From an uncultured Chlamydiae bacterium (GTDB lineage: Bacteria > Chlamydiota > Chlamydiia > Chlamydiales > JAJFMA01), in contig CAVQMM010000001.1 of NCBI GenBank assembly GCA_963713615.1, positions 3,392,001 to 3,456,000 of the forward strand: DNA of 64,000 nucleotides. Reading direction: 5' to 3'. The translations under genes were made by a program, and so were the position numbers. The notes below the pieces were generated by a model. The model searched no databases, had not been told where the DNA came from, and saw nothing but the letters and a program-made list of their open reading frames with translations. Every line of letters starts with the position of its first letter. Within the stretch, counting starts at the first letter, position 1. Below are positions 29,931-39,634 of the stretch, one piece after another.

Positions 29931-30227
29931 ATGATTGAATTTATCCCATCAGTACAAGGTTTGTTTAGAGATTATACTCCTATTAAAAGCGAAGCCGAAG
30001 GAGTCATCTTTATTGGCTATGGCATTACATTTCTTGCATTTGGTGTTGTTTCAGGCATTGAAGAGAGTTATTCTTCCCGACCAAATACAATTCGTCGTCT
30101 TTTCACGGATGGTTATCTAGGTATAGGAAAGAACGGAGTAATAGAGGGATGTAAGCGGCTGTTGCCCTTAGCGTCTGTCATTACTGCAAGTTACCTATTC
30201 TATACGCATCGGGATTGGATTGTGTGA
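29931..30227 (+). CDS. Small hypothetical membrane protein
   Basis: 98-aa ORF 7 bp after dnaE with two hydrophobic segments. Confidence 0.5.
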   Translation: MIEFIPSVQGLFRDYTPIKSEAEGVIFIGYGITFLAFGVVSGIEESYSSRPNTIRRLFTDGYLGIGKNGVIEGCKRLLPLASVITASYLFYTHRDWIV

Positions 30228-30288
30228 CATAGGAAAGGACGTTGAGGACATTGAAGACTGTGGAAGAGTTTTCTTCGTTTGATAAATA

Positions 30289-30428
30289 TCCATTTATGTC
30301 CATAGTGTCCATTGTTGTCCATAAAGTCCATTCACACTTATGCAAGCATGGACATTAATGGACAGCATGGACATTAATGGACAAAAATGGACTTCACTTT
30401 TTTGTCCAGCTCGTCCAATTCGTCCATA
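30289..30428. repeat. Family C modular hairpin
   Basis: GTCCAT units followed by five ATGGAC units; serves as the uninterrupted counterpart of 38784-39643. Confidence 0.88.
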
Positions 30429-30508
30429 AAGAGACGCGAGACCCTGCTTGCTTTTTTTCACTCAGTTTCATACCCTAAAGGGCCTAATGACCCTCACCGG
30501 ATGAATAG

Positions 30509-31528
30509 ATGAAAGCAACCTTTATGCACCGCTTGATCATTGCCCTAGCGGTTATCCTGATACCCACTTTGGCCAATGCTACCTGGATCTTCAAAAATGG
30601 ACGGTTCATTGAAGTTGAGGAGATCGCGACTCTTTCTCCAGAAGAGCACTACTCTATGGCTGTTGATGCGTGGAACCATCAAGACTGGGAAGAAGCCGCA
30701 CGAGAATTCCGCATCGTTATTACTAACTTCCCGAAGTTTAGTCAGGTAGCTGAAGCCAATTTCTTTGCCGCAGCCTCACACTTCTTTCTCGGCGAGCTTG
30801 ACATGGCCAATGATGAGTTAACAGAATATTTGCGTCTATCTTGCAGTCCCGAATATCTGGAGGAGGCGATGGATTATAAATTCTCCATCGCAGAACAGTT
30901 TCGCTGCGGGGCTAAACGCCGCTGTTTTGGATCGCAACGCTTTCCAAAGTGGGTGAGTGGTTATGAAACAGCTATTTGCATCTACGATGAAATCGTTTCT
31001 ACGTTGCCTTGCCATGACATGGCAGCTCAGGCACTTTTCTCCAAAGGGTCCCTGCTATGTGAATTGAACGATTTTCCTTGTAGTATAGAAGCTTATCAGA
31101 CATTAATCCGTCGTTTTCCCTTACATGAGCTTGCCCCCGAATCCTATATGGCCATTCTGCAGGTTTATCTCGTTCAAGCGACATGTGAATTTCAAAACCC
31201 AGACTTACTGGCACTTGGAGAGATAGTCCTTAAACGTTTCAAAGAGGACTTTCCCAATGAAGCAAGAGTATGCCAAGCTGAGGCTGACTTGTTGGAATTA
31301 AAGGAAATTTATGCGTTTGGCCTTTATGACACTGGCCAATTCTATGAAAGAATCTGCCAACCTCAGGCATCCGCACTCTATTATTCCAGCGCTATCAGAC
31401 AATTTCCCGATACCATTATCGCCGAAAATGCCCGACAGCGTCTCTGTTGTCTGATGAACTGCCATCCCTGCTTGGACATTCCTGAAGGAACCTTTGATGT
31501 CGAAGAAAATGTCGATGAAACATTGTAG
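30509..31528 (+). CDS. TPR outer-membrane assembly protein, BamD-like (CT547-like)
   Basis: Signal peptide; TPR helices (YQTLIRRFPLHELAPE, LYDTGQFYE); chlamydial synteny after dnaE. Confidence 0.8.
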   Translation: MKATFMHRLIIALAVILIPTLANATWIFKNGRFIEVEEIATLSPEEHYSMAVDAWNHQDWEEAAREFRIVITNFPKFSQVAEANFFAAASHFFLGELDMANDELTEYLRLSCSPEYLEEAMDYKFSIAEQFRCGAKRRCFGSQRFPKWVSGYETAICIYDEIVSTLPCHDMAAQALFSKGSLLCELNDFPCSIEAYQTLIRRFPLHELAPESYMAILQVYLVQATCEFQNPDLLALGEIVLKRFKEDFPNEARVCQAEADLLELKEIYAFGLYDTGQFYERICQPQASALYYSSAIRQFPDTIIAENARQRLCCLMNCHPCLDIPEGTFDVEENVDETL

Positions 31529-32075
31529 CCTTATCATCACTACAACGGTATTGTTAGCTTTTACTTCATGTGGATATCATTTCGGTGCTGGAAGTGCCCC
31601 TTGGATTGGCAGTACAATCTCAGTGCCTTACATCTGCGGCGACGAAACTGGGGAGTTCACCCGAACCCTTGTGCGAGAGTTGGCCTCTTCCGGAGCGTTT
31701 CAGTATACTGATGACTGTGGATGTTACCGATTGTGCGTGAATGTGCGGGAGCTGTGTGATGAAAATATTGGGTTTCGTTATGATATCAATAAAGAGGGGC
31801 AGCAGACGACTACCATTATTCCCGTAGAGATGCGAACGCGCACTGTGGCTGAGTTTTCACTCGTCGAAGCAAGTTCTGGGTGCGTGGTTTTGGGTCCTGA
31901 ACGTGTGAGCGCCATGGTAGATTTTGACCATGAGTTCGAGGGGGGGAGTGATCACCTGAATAACCTTTCTCTAGGGCAGGTTACTGACTTAGAGGCCTCC
32001 AAAGAGGTCATTCCCGGGCGCTTAGGACAAGCTCTTGCTGAAAGGATTGTCGACTACCTTCGCGGGGCATGGTAA
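31515..32075 (+). CDS. LptE-like lipoprotein (CT548-like)
   Basis: Lipobox FTSC-GYHF; follows the BamD-like gene. Confidence 0.75.
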   Translation: MKHCSLIITTTVLLAFTSCGYHFGAGSAPWIGSTISVPYICGDETGEFTRTLVRELASSGAFQYTDDCGCYRLCVNVRELCDENIGFRYDINKEGQQTTTIIPVEMRTRTVAEFSLVEASSGCVVLGPERVSAMVDFDHEFEGGSDHLNNLSLGQVTDLEASKEVIPGRLGQALAERIVDYLRGAW

Positions 32076-32121
32076 AGTGACTAGTGAGTAGCGTTTTAAT
32101 GTCAGTAGCGGATCATAGGCG

Positions 32122-32535
32122 ATGGCCGAACAATTTACCGCTTCCATGGACCAGTTGCCCGGTATGCTTGAGTATATCCTTGCACATGCGCGTTCACAGG
32201 GTTTTGATAAGGAGAGGCTTGGTCAGATTGAGCTGGCAGCTGAAGAAGCTCTTGTAAATATCATTGAACATGCCTACCCAAGTCATGAAAATGGCGTTAT
32301 ACAGATCTCCTGTGCCGCCTCAGCACCCACCTCGGTTCAAATTGTCATCAAGGATCAGGGTAACCCCTTCGATCCACTAGTAAAGGGAAAGGGATTTGAT
32401 CCCGAAGCTGCCGTGCGTGCCGGTGCTGAGGGTGGTTTTGGTATCTTCCTGATGACAAAGATGATGGATGAAGTAAGATACAAAAGAATAGATGGCTGCA
32501 ATGTGCTGACATTGACCAAGAATGGTCCCTCGTAA
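32122..32535 (+). CDS. rsbW: Anti-sigma factor Ser/Thr kinase
   Basis: ELAAEEALVNIIEHAY, DQGNPFDP and GGFGIFLM HATPase motifs. Confidence 0.92.
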   Translation: MAEQFTASMDQLPGMLEYILAHARSQGFDKERLGQIELAAEEALVNIIEHAYPSHENGVIQISCAASAPTSVQIVIKDQGNPFDPLVKGKGFDPEAAVRAGAEGGFGIFLMTKMMDEVRYKRIDGCNVLTLTKNGPS

Positions 32536-32538
32536 TCG

Positions 32539-32970
32539 CTACGAAGCCTTCTTCAGCTGATTCAGAGCTTCCTCATTCTCCATGACATCTTGAAGTAATT
32601 TCTCCAAGACACGCAGGACGAGTTTTGATGTGTTATACACACCGGTTACACAAAATGCCGTTTCTAGAACAGGTGTTTTGCCTGTATTCAATGCGATATA
32701 GCTGAAGGTTTTAGAGACGTTATTGACATTCTCAGGGACGATCCAAATCACAAATTGATCATTCACCAAAGTGATTTTTTCATCCGTTTCTACAACATGA
32801 AAATAGCGTGTCAGGGCATCATCCTCCGGAATGCTCTCGTCGTCAAAGTTCAGCAATCCGTAATTCTGTAATAAGGCGATCTCCACCTCAATCATCCCTT
32901 CCGGTAGCCATTTGGAGATATCTTTAGTGAATTTCTTGTAGTAAGCCTCGACACGTTCTATGTTATTCAT
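32539..32970 (-). CDS. Conserved chlamydial hypothetical protein (CT550 position)
   Basis: LTRYFHVVETDEKITLVNDQFVIWIVP; lies between rsbW and dacC. Confidence 0.8.
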   Translation of the reverse strand: MNNIERVEAYYKKFTKDISKWLPEGMIEVEIALLQNYGLLNFDDESIPEDDALTRYFHVVETDEKITLVNDQFVIWIVPENVNNVSKTFSYIALNTGKTPVLETAFCVTGVYNTSKLVLRVLEKLLQDVMENEEALNQLKKAS

Positions 32971-33009
32971 TGGCTTTTCCTTCTTCGCGCTTGCGTGATG
33001 GCTAGTAAA

Positions 33010-33025
33010 TGCAAATGCCGTGCCA
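33010..33025 (-). promoter_or_regulatory. Sigma54 -24/-12 promoter
   Basis: Minus strand TGGCACGGCATTTGCA is an exact TGGCACG-N4-TTGC match, 40 bp upstream of the ATG at 32970. Confidence 0.75.
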
Positions 33026-33070
33026 CCGTGGAGGAGGAGAGCAGGCTAGGGGAGGGAGGGAGGAGGGGAG

Positions 33071-33558
33071 TTTTTACCACAGAGGACACAGAGACGCCGA
33101 GATAGGAGAGAACGGAAAAAAGAAAATAAAGTCGAGTAATGTTTATTTGCATTTTTAACTGTTTTTGTTTAATAGTTTTCCATATGAGACGATTGCAGAA
33201 TTCCTTGGCCCTCACAATCGTGTCTCGGCGCGCAGCGCTTTGGAGTGCGCGTCGCTCGCGACCGCTTTGGATTTGGGCGAGCCTATTGAATCGCGCACCG
33301 TTCTACGGAGGCTGCCCCCCCCCAACAGTTACCCCTAGAGCGAAAGGTTACGTTTCTTGCAATGCCTAGTTCACCCAAATCCAAAGCGGTCGCGAGCGAC
33401 ACGCACTCCAAAGCGCTGCGCGCCTAATGACTCATGGACGTCTATTAAACAAAAACAAAAAATAAACAGAAAAACCAATAAAACTATTCACTTTCCCTTT
33501 CCTCTTTTTTTTCCTCTCTCTCCCTATCTCGGCGTCTCTGTGTCCTCTGTGGTAAAAA
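33071..33558. repeat. Nested element: family E arms enclosing a family F REP-like doublet (33227-33424)
   Basis: TTTTTACCACAGAGGACACAGAGACGCCGAGATAGG with its inverse at about 33523-33558; inner GCGCAGCGCTTTGGAGTGCG...CGCACTCCAAAGCGCTGCGC. Confidence 0.9.
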
Positions 33559-33690
33559 TTCCTAATCCTCTCCTCCTCTCTTTTCCCTCTCACACGCCCT
33601 CCTTCTCCCCCTCTCCCTCTCTCCCCTTTAACTTTTCGGCTAGATCCTCTATGCTTACGCCTCCTCACTAATTAAAAAGAGGGACTTCGC

Positions 33691-34947
33691 GTGACTTGGA
33701 TCATCAGACTGCTGTGCTTGACGTTGTGTGGCTATGTATCTGCAGAGCAGCTGCAAGTGGCGGTCGAAGCCGAAGCAGCTATTCTTATGAATGCTGATAC
33801 AGGAGCTGTCCTCTTCGAAAAAAAATCCCGCGAGATCATGTACCCCGCAAGCGTGACTAAGATAGCCACCGCTCTTTACACCCTTGAAAAAAGTGGCGCG
33901 AAGTTGGACGCTTTAACACTGGCAGACCAGGAGTGTGTAGGGTTTATCACAGAAGCCGCTAAAAAACGTTCTAATTATTCGCTCCCACCACACTACCTAG
34001 AATTTGGCGCCACTCATGTCGTGATTCATAAAGGCGAACGCCTGCCTTTACGGGATCTATTGAACGCGATGATGATCCACTCCGCAGATGATGCCTCGAA
34101 CGTCATTGCGCAGCATGTTGGAGGCTCTATTCCACGCTTTATGCAAGATCTCAACCGTTATCTGCAGGAGCTGGGATGCAAAGACACCTATTTTAACAAT
34201 CCACACGGTCTGCATCATCCTGATCATGTGACGACAGCATTCGACATGGCGACTCTCACAGCTCAAGCATTAAAAAATCGAACTTTTCGTGAAATCGTTG
34301 CTACCACACAGTGCACGCGTCCACGAACAGAGTTTCAAGCAGCCATGACTTTAGTCCAATCCAATCGACTGCTGCGCAAGGGGGAGTACTATTATCCGAA
34401 AGCAATAGGAGTGAAGACGGGCTTTACCGGTGCTGCGCAAAACACCTTCGTGGCAGCTGCACAGAGCAATGGACGAACCCTTGTGGCGGTTCTACTCAAG
34501 ACCAAGGATCGCAAGGATATGTTCAAAGACGCGATAAAACTTTTTGAGACCGCCTTTAATCAGCCTATGCTTGAGCTGACCATTATGCCCGCCGGTGCTC
34601 TACCGTACGTGACAGATGTAAAGGGTGGTTCACGTGCCGTCCAAGCCAGTCTTTTAGAGCCTCTAACGCTGCAGTACTATCCTGCCGAAGAACCCCAAGT
34701 GAGTGCGAATCTGCAATGGCACAATTTGTCGTTGCCCATCGAAAAGGGGCAGGAGGTGGGTCAGATCGTGCTAGCAACCTCGTCGGGGCAAACGTTAAAA
34801 ACCGTACCGATATTAGCAGCCGAATCCGTATCGGGGTCGCTATTAGCCAGAACGAGTCACATGCTTGCAAACATGAGCCTTTTTGGCTGGATCTTCTGCA
34901 CCCTATTAGTTGTTGGCTTAATCGCCCTAATGCGTTGGCGTTCCTAG
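33691..34947 (+). CDS. dacC: D-alanyl-D-alanine carboxypeptidase (S11)
   Basis: PASVTK (SxxK), SAD variant of SxN, NPHGL and VKTGFT; C-terminal transmembrane segment. Confidence 0.9.
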   Translation: MTWIIRLLCLTLCGYVSAEQLQVAVEAEAAILMNADTGAVLFEKKSREIMYPASVTKIATALYTLEKSGAKLDALTLADQECVGFITEAAKKRSNYSLPPHYLEFGATHVVIHKGERLPLRDLLNAMMIHSADDASNVIAQHVGGSIPRFMQDLNRYLQELGCKDTYFNNPHGLHHPDHVTTAFDMATLTAQALKNRTFREIVATTQCTRPRTEFQAAMTLVQSNRLLRKGEYYYPKAIGVKTGFTGAAQNTFVAAAQSNGRTLVAVLLKTKDRKDMFKDAIKLFETAFNQPMLELTIMPAGALPYVTDVKGGSRAVQASLLEPLTLQYYPAEEPQVSANLQWHNLSLPIEKGQEVGQIVLATSSGQTLKTVPILAAESVSGSLLARTSHMLANMSLFGWIFCTLLVVGLIALMRWRS

Positions 34948-35771
34948 CCCTTTAAGAAGGCAAAAGATTCATCAGAAAGCACTGCTGCTACCAATGTTCT
35001 ATGACGCTCTTCTAAGGAACGGTAGTGATTGGCAAATCGCCCAAGGGACCAGCTTCTCTTGCCAAGCTTAATCTGCTTGCCATAGTCGACCTCTGCAGTA
35101 AGACTAAGGCCATGAACTTCCTTGTACACCTGATCCACCAACAGAATCGTTTTAAGCGCCGTCAGAAGCTCACATCCATTCCAAGGCTCGGCAAAATCAT
35201 GCTTACTTTGTCCTGGAAGGGTTTCTTCCACATGCATGAGTTCATGATAGGCCACGATGTGCGGGGGGAGGTAACCCCCATGTTTTTCATTGTTGTGAGA
35301 ATGACGTTCTTCGACGATTGCTTCTACGGACCAACTATTCCATTCATTCTCAATATCGTTAATGAATGTTTTGTTGGACACTAGCCCTGGGGTTCCGGAC
35401 CGAATCCAATGTACTGCATTGTTTTCCCGTATTCCATGGCGCAAGTATTTTGAGATATAACTGTCAAACAAACGCTTGCTGACCACATCGGCCTGGTCCT
35501 TCTTGTCCGGTGGAATCAAATAGATGAGTTCGGACTGGTAAATAGCTTTCTCTAGCTCTACCAGAAGGGGATCTTGCTGCCTTTCTGCTTGAATACGCGC
35601 CAACTCCTGCGCACGGGTTCCAACGACTGGGCTCTTCTTAGAATGCCTACCAGGGTACTTGTGAAAATTAAGCTCGCTTGCCAGATCTGTCTGTGTGTCA
35701 CCAAACAGGCCACTCAAGATCACAAGAGAGAAGGTGATAAAGACAAAGTTTATTAATTGTAAATTGTTCAT
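34944..35771 (-). CDS. Secreted hypothetical protein with an HExxH motif
   Basis: N-terminal hydrophobic signal; YHELMHVEE; AT-rich upstream region. Confidence 0.6.
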   Translation of the reverse strand: MNNLQLINFVFITFSLVILSGLFGDTQTDLASELNFHKYPGRHSKKSPVVGTRAQELARIQAERQQDPLLVELEKAIYQSELIYLIPPDKKDQADVVSKRLFDSYISKYLRHGIRENNAVHWIRSGTPGLVSNKTFINDIENEWNSWSVEAIVEERHSHNNEKHGGYLPPHIVAYHELMHVEETLPGQSKHDFAEPWNGCELLTALKTILLVDQVYKEVHGLSLTAEVDYGKQIKLGKRSWSLGRFANHYRSLEERHRTLVAAVLSDESFAFLKG

Positions 35772-35897
35772 TAACTTATTTATTCTACTTAATTCTATTA
35801 TAAATCTAAACTAAATTTACGTTAATTATAAATATTTGATGAATATATATCAATATATTATTTCAAAAATGTGGGCGCAAAATAGAAACTTCAAGAC

Positions 35898-36725
35898 TTA
35901 CTGAAGTCGTTCAAATAGAAGAATGAGTTCTTCTAAGGAGAGCTCCTCTGGGCGAGCGAGAGGATTCAGTTCGAGATCAGTTAAGCTTTGTGTTACTGAC
36001 TCAGAAGGATATAACTCGCGTAGCGAAGCCCGCAGCATTTTACGACGGTGTTCGAAGGCTGTGCGGGTCATTTGAAAGAATTTATTGCGATCAGAGACCG
36101 CGCGAGGCGGTTTCAGCTTCAAGTGAACAACGGCAGAGTCCACCTTTGGAGCCGGAATAAAGCAGCGTCGAGATACGACGAAAGCATTGGAGCAAGCAGC
36201 GTAGAAATTTAAAAATACGGTAAGTGAACTATAGGAGGACCTTCCAGGTGGTGAAGTCATTCTTTCAGCCACCTCCTTCTGAACCATCACTGTCACCGTT
36301 TCAAACAACTCGTAGCGTGGGATCATACGCGTTAATATCGGTGTTGTGATGTGATAAGGAAGGTTGGCGATGACCTTGACGCGTTGGCCTCCAGGGAAGA
36401 GGGTAGCAACATCGACTTCTAGAATGTCATTATTAACCACTTCCAGACGATGGTCCGGAGTATCAAGCCGCATTAAGGCTTCGGCGAGAATACGATCTTT
36501 CTCGACCGCCACGACGCGAGCACCAGCTTCAAGCAGCGCCTCTGTTAAAGCACCCGGTCCGGGGCCAATTTCTAAGACAATATCCCCAGGGACGACAGCT
36601 GCAGTAGCGACAATTTTACGAATGATATTGCCATCGATGAGAAAGTTCTGCGAAAGTCCCTTTTTAGGATGAATGCCCAGGCTTTCCAGAAAATGCTGTA
36701 GCTCAGAGGGACGATACAGGGACAT
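35898..36725 (-). CDS. rsmA: 16S rRNA adenine dimethyltransferase
   Basis: SQNFL, EIGPGPGALT, ANLPYHIT, QKEVAER and PAPKVDS motifs. Confidence 0.96.
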   Translation of the reverse strand: MSLYRPSELQHFLESLGIHPKKGLSQNFLIDGNIIRKIVATAAVVPGDIVLEIGPGPGALTEALLEAGARVVAVEKDRILAEALMRLDTPDHRLEVVNNDILEVDVATLFPGGQRVKVIANLPYHITTPILTRMIPRYELFETVTVMVQKEVAERMTSPPGRSSYSSLTVFLNFYAACSNAFVVSRRCFIPAPKVDSAVVHLKLKPPRAVSDRNKFFQMTRTAFEHRRKMLRASLRELYPSESVTQSLTDLELNPLARPEELSLEELILLFERLQ

Positions 36726-37891
36726 TATCTGAGCACAAACGGTTCGAAATCATGCGGCACAAGCCGTAGGAGTTGTTCCTTAGTCAAGCCAGCCTGTTTA
36801 CGCATACGTTCCAGATAGGCCTGCGTCTCAACTGCAATGGCTTCGTTGACCAGTTTACTATGGATTTCGTTCTCCGCTTCGGTAAAGGGGATAATCCCAC
36901 CCAATTTCTGCTCTTTAAGGTAGAAAATGCGGTGGACTGTTTCACTCTTGTTACGGCTTTGCTGTGCGATGGGCTGACTAAAGCTATTACTTTCCAAACT
37001 CGCTAAGGTTTCTTTGTAGGCCTCAGAAGCTTCATTTTCGGTTTGTTTGAATTCCTCAGAGAAAGTCACTTTTGTCTCAGGATCAATCGCCTCAATGTTC
37101 GGGTAGTTTTTAGCCAGCTCTTCCAAAGTTGACTGTTGACTTGACAGAAGATCTCGTAAGATAGTCGCTGAGGCCAATCCCTTAACGGGATTAGCATGAC
37201 GTACGGTGATGACTTGATAGACCCATTCCGTAGGGATTCTATTTTTTTGAATATGCTCCAGATAGGCCTTCTTAACTTCGCTTGGAGTAATCCGGCGCAA
37301 TGCCTTCAGGTTGACTCGTTGCATCATCATGCGTCGAATCATCAAATCGCCCTGCAGCATTTCCCTAGCTTCCTCGTAGGTGAGTCCCACCTCATATAGA
37401 CTTGCCATGATATTTGGACCAAAAATGCTCTCTACTTCCTGACGCACTTCCCCTCGGGTCACTTCAAGCTTATTCTCTCTGGCATCGGCTAACACAAGCT
37501 CTTTGTCGATCAATTCATTGAGAATCGGACGCCAATTGACCAAATAAAATTGGTAACGCATTGAGGGTGACGTGGCATATTCAGGGAAGTGGCGGTAGAA
37601 AACGACATCCAATTTCTTCTGAACGTCGACAACGGAGATCACTTTGCCATGAACTTTCGCTAAGATGCGGTTATTTACCGCAATCGTGCGCTTTTCCTCG
37701 GAGGATCCCCCAAAAAGAGCAGGAGCTGCGTCGAGGGATTGCGCCGCACTGATGGCGATGCCTATGCAGACCGCAAGGGTCCAGAAAAACCTTTTTGGGC
37801 CTGTCAATCTATGACTCCCATGGTCGCTATGCATATCATCCATTCCTATCATTGTGCTCTTAATGAGGTGAGATAATAGCGCACACGGCAA
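36725..37891 (-). CDS. SurA N-terminal domain / periplasmic chaperone-like protein
   Basis: NRILAKVHGKVISVVDV and LIDKELVLADA motifs; true start probably about 20-30 codons downstream. Confidence 0.75.
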   Translation of the reverse strand: MPCALLSHLIKSTMIGMDDMHSDHGSHRLTGPKRFFWTLAVCIGIAISAAQSLDAAPALFGGSSEEKRTIAVNNRILAKVHGKVISVVDVQKKLDVVFYRHFPEYATSPSMRYQFYLVNWRPILNELIDKELVLADARENKLEVTRGEVRQEVESIFGPNIMASLYEVGLTYEEAREMLQGDLMIRRMMMQRVNLKALRRITPSEVKKAYLEHIQKNRIPTEWVYQVITVRHANPVKGLASATILRDLLSSQQSTLEELAKNYPNIEAIDPETKVTFSEEFKQTENEASEAYKETLASLESNSFSQPIAQQSRNKSETVHRIFYLKEQKLGGIIPFTEAENEIHSKLVNEAIAVETQAYLERMRKQAGLTKEQLLRLVPHDFEPFVLR

Positions 37892-37920
37892 ATAAGCACA
37901 ATCAGCGTAAGTGCGAGCCC

Positions 37921-38494
37921 CAGGGCGATCGCATCTTAATTTCCTTGACTAACGAGTCGAAACAGGAACTCAGCCGACATTTTCATCTTGTTCTGCATTC
38001 TTCGCACACTAAGCTTTCCTCGCGCCTGGTTGATAAGGTTTAATCCAAGTTTTCGTGCTTGTGTCATTATCTCGGGACCATTGTCCTTATATATCCTTGA
38101 AGCGTCTTCATTGAACGTGAGATCAAGAACCCAATGGAGCTTATTTTCTACTTCCCAGTGCGCTCGGATTGCTTGAGCGAGCTGTTTTGCCATCAATCGC
38201 TATGACCTCTTTGCAGGGCTTTTTCAACGTGTTTGTAAATTCTACAAAGCAATGATGAAAGGTCTTTGGATTGAGTCTAGACATTACACGCCCAAATGTA
38301 TCATGGGATGGTACACCATTAGGCAGAGGGACAACCGCTGCAAAAAGATCAAAATTAGCTTCACAATAATCGTGCATTCCCACCCATTCATCAATACCAG
38401 CCATAGCTGAACAGATGGCGATGAAGATAATGCTTATTAAGGGATGTTTTTTTGTGCGATCAATTCTGGGATCTTCAATTTGGGCGGCCATTCC
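37921..38494 (-). mobile_element. ISAs1-family IS remnant with an internally deleted transposase
   Basis: IEDPR..KHPL, NGVPSHDTFGRV and IAIDGK in one frame; RAHWEVENKLHWVLDLTFNED in another; CAGGGCGATCGCATC end at 37921. Confidence 0.88.
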
Positions 38495-38502
38495 CATTCT
38501 AA

Positions 38503-38662
38503 GGCCTTGTTCACCTTTACGGTCAGAATTTCGGTCGGACGAAAAAGGTCGGATGTCGTGGTTTGTGACGAGGGCATAGCGCCAGCTATGTCCGAGGAGC
38601 AAAACGCGACAGACGATCCTTTTGCAGTCGACCGAAAACTGACCGCAAAGGTGAATAAGGCC
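38503..38662. mobile_element. 160-bp palindromic MITE with an 8-bp target duplication
   Basis: Ends GGCCTTGTTCACCTTT / AAAGGTGAATAAGGCC, flanked by CATTCTAA at 38495-38502 and 38663-38670. Confidence 0.85.
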
Positions 38663-38883
38663 CATTCTAAGATGCCGATTGGGGGGCTTGTAAGCGAGCA
38701 GGAAAGGGCGAGGACAACGATGATGTTGAGGCAGAAGTCTCATGCTACATACACCATCGATTGTCCTTAGGGAACTTTACTTTGTCCATTTATGTTCATA
38801 GTGTCCATTATGAGGTAATTGCAGAAGTCCAATTCTCCGAAGTCAATTTCCTGAAAATCGGATGCCGGTGAAGAGAGAGTCAT

Positions 38884-39431
38884 TCCCTTCCCAGGCCCGA
38901 AGGGTCGATATTGCAACAGGCCATGGCATCGCCACATAGGCCTCAACCTAAGCCTAACAATCGTATCTCGGCGCGCAGCGCTTTGGAGTGCGGTCGCTTG
39001 CGACCGCTTTGGGTTCCTTGCGACGGTCGTGTGCAACGGCATCACTATAATTCCCTAAGGGTAAAATAGTTAGTACATGCAGCCTTCGACGAATCCATAC
39101 AATGCCGTTTAGCATTGCCGTCCCAAGGAACGAAAAGCGGTCGCAAGCGACCGCACTCCAAAGCGCTGCGCGCCGAGATACGATTGTGAAGTCCTAAGTC
39201 ATTGAGATATAAGCTCAAAAGACCTGTTAGGTTGAGGCCTATGTGGCATCGCCATGGTATATGCCAAAACGGTTTTAGCAGCCTGTAGGGCTGCCATAAA
39301 GCGCATGCATAAATGGTGTTTGTAAACTGGCGTCTTGTAGCAGTCCTTCAGACTGCGAAATCCCTTCCTGGCATATACCATGGCGATGCCATGGCCTGTT
39401 GCAATATCGACCCTTCGGGCCTGGGAAGGGA
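38884..39431. repeat. Family G REP-like doublet (CCCGAAGGG...CCATGGCATCGCCATGG)
   Basis: Left arm 38884-38934 plus 39255-39266 is the exact reverse complement of 39369-39431 (63 bp). Confidence 0.9.
38935..39243. mobile_element. MITE with 17-bp TIRs and an 11-bp target duplication, containing a family F doublet (38957-39187)
   Basis: CATAGGCCTCAACCTAA / TTAGGTTGAGGCCTATG, flanked by TGGCATCGCCA at 38924-38934 and 39244-39254. Confidence 0.9.
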
Positions 39432-39634
39432 GAAAAGCCTGTCTTTCCAGACTGGATAGTGCCATACCACTTAAGCTCTCTAGAATCGCCTTCTCACAAA
39501 AAAAGGTAACCTTTTTTCCCGAGAATCGATTCTCAAGGGCTCAAATAATTTTGCAATTACCTCATTATTGTCCATAAAGTCCATTTATACTCCGGCTGGA
39601 ATGGACATAAGTGGACTTCACTTTTTTCGTCCAA

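Larger units (their letters stand above)
38811..39564. mobile_element. MITE-like element with TGAGGTAATTGCA ends and a TTA duplication, inserted into a family C repeat
   Basis: TGAGGTAATTGCA...TGCAATTACCTCA with TTA on both sides; rejoined flanks match 30289-30428. Confidence 0.8.

Noticed and set aside
32967..33671. ORFs 32967-33215, 33139-33369, 33357-33671 and 33432-33668
   Set aside because: They are low-complexity translations of repeat families E and F.
38141..38743. 200-aa ORF as an intact transposase with a novel N-terminal domain
   Set aside because: The N-terminal half is read-through of the 160-bp MITE, and the catalytic core is deleted.
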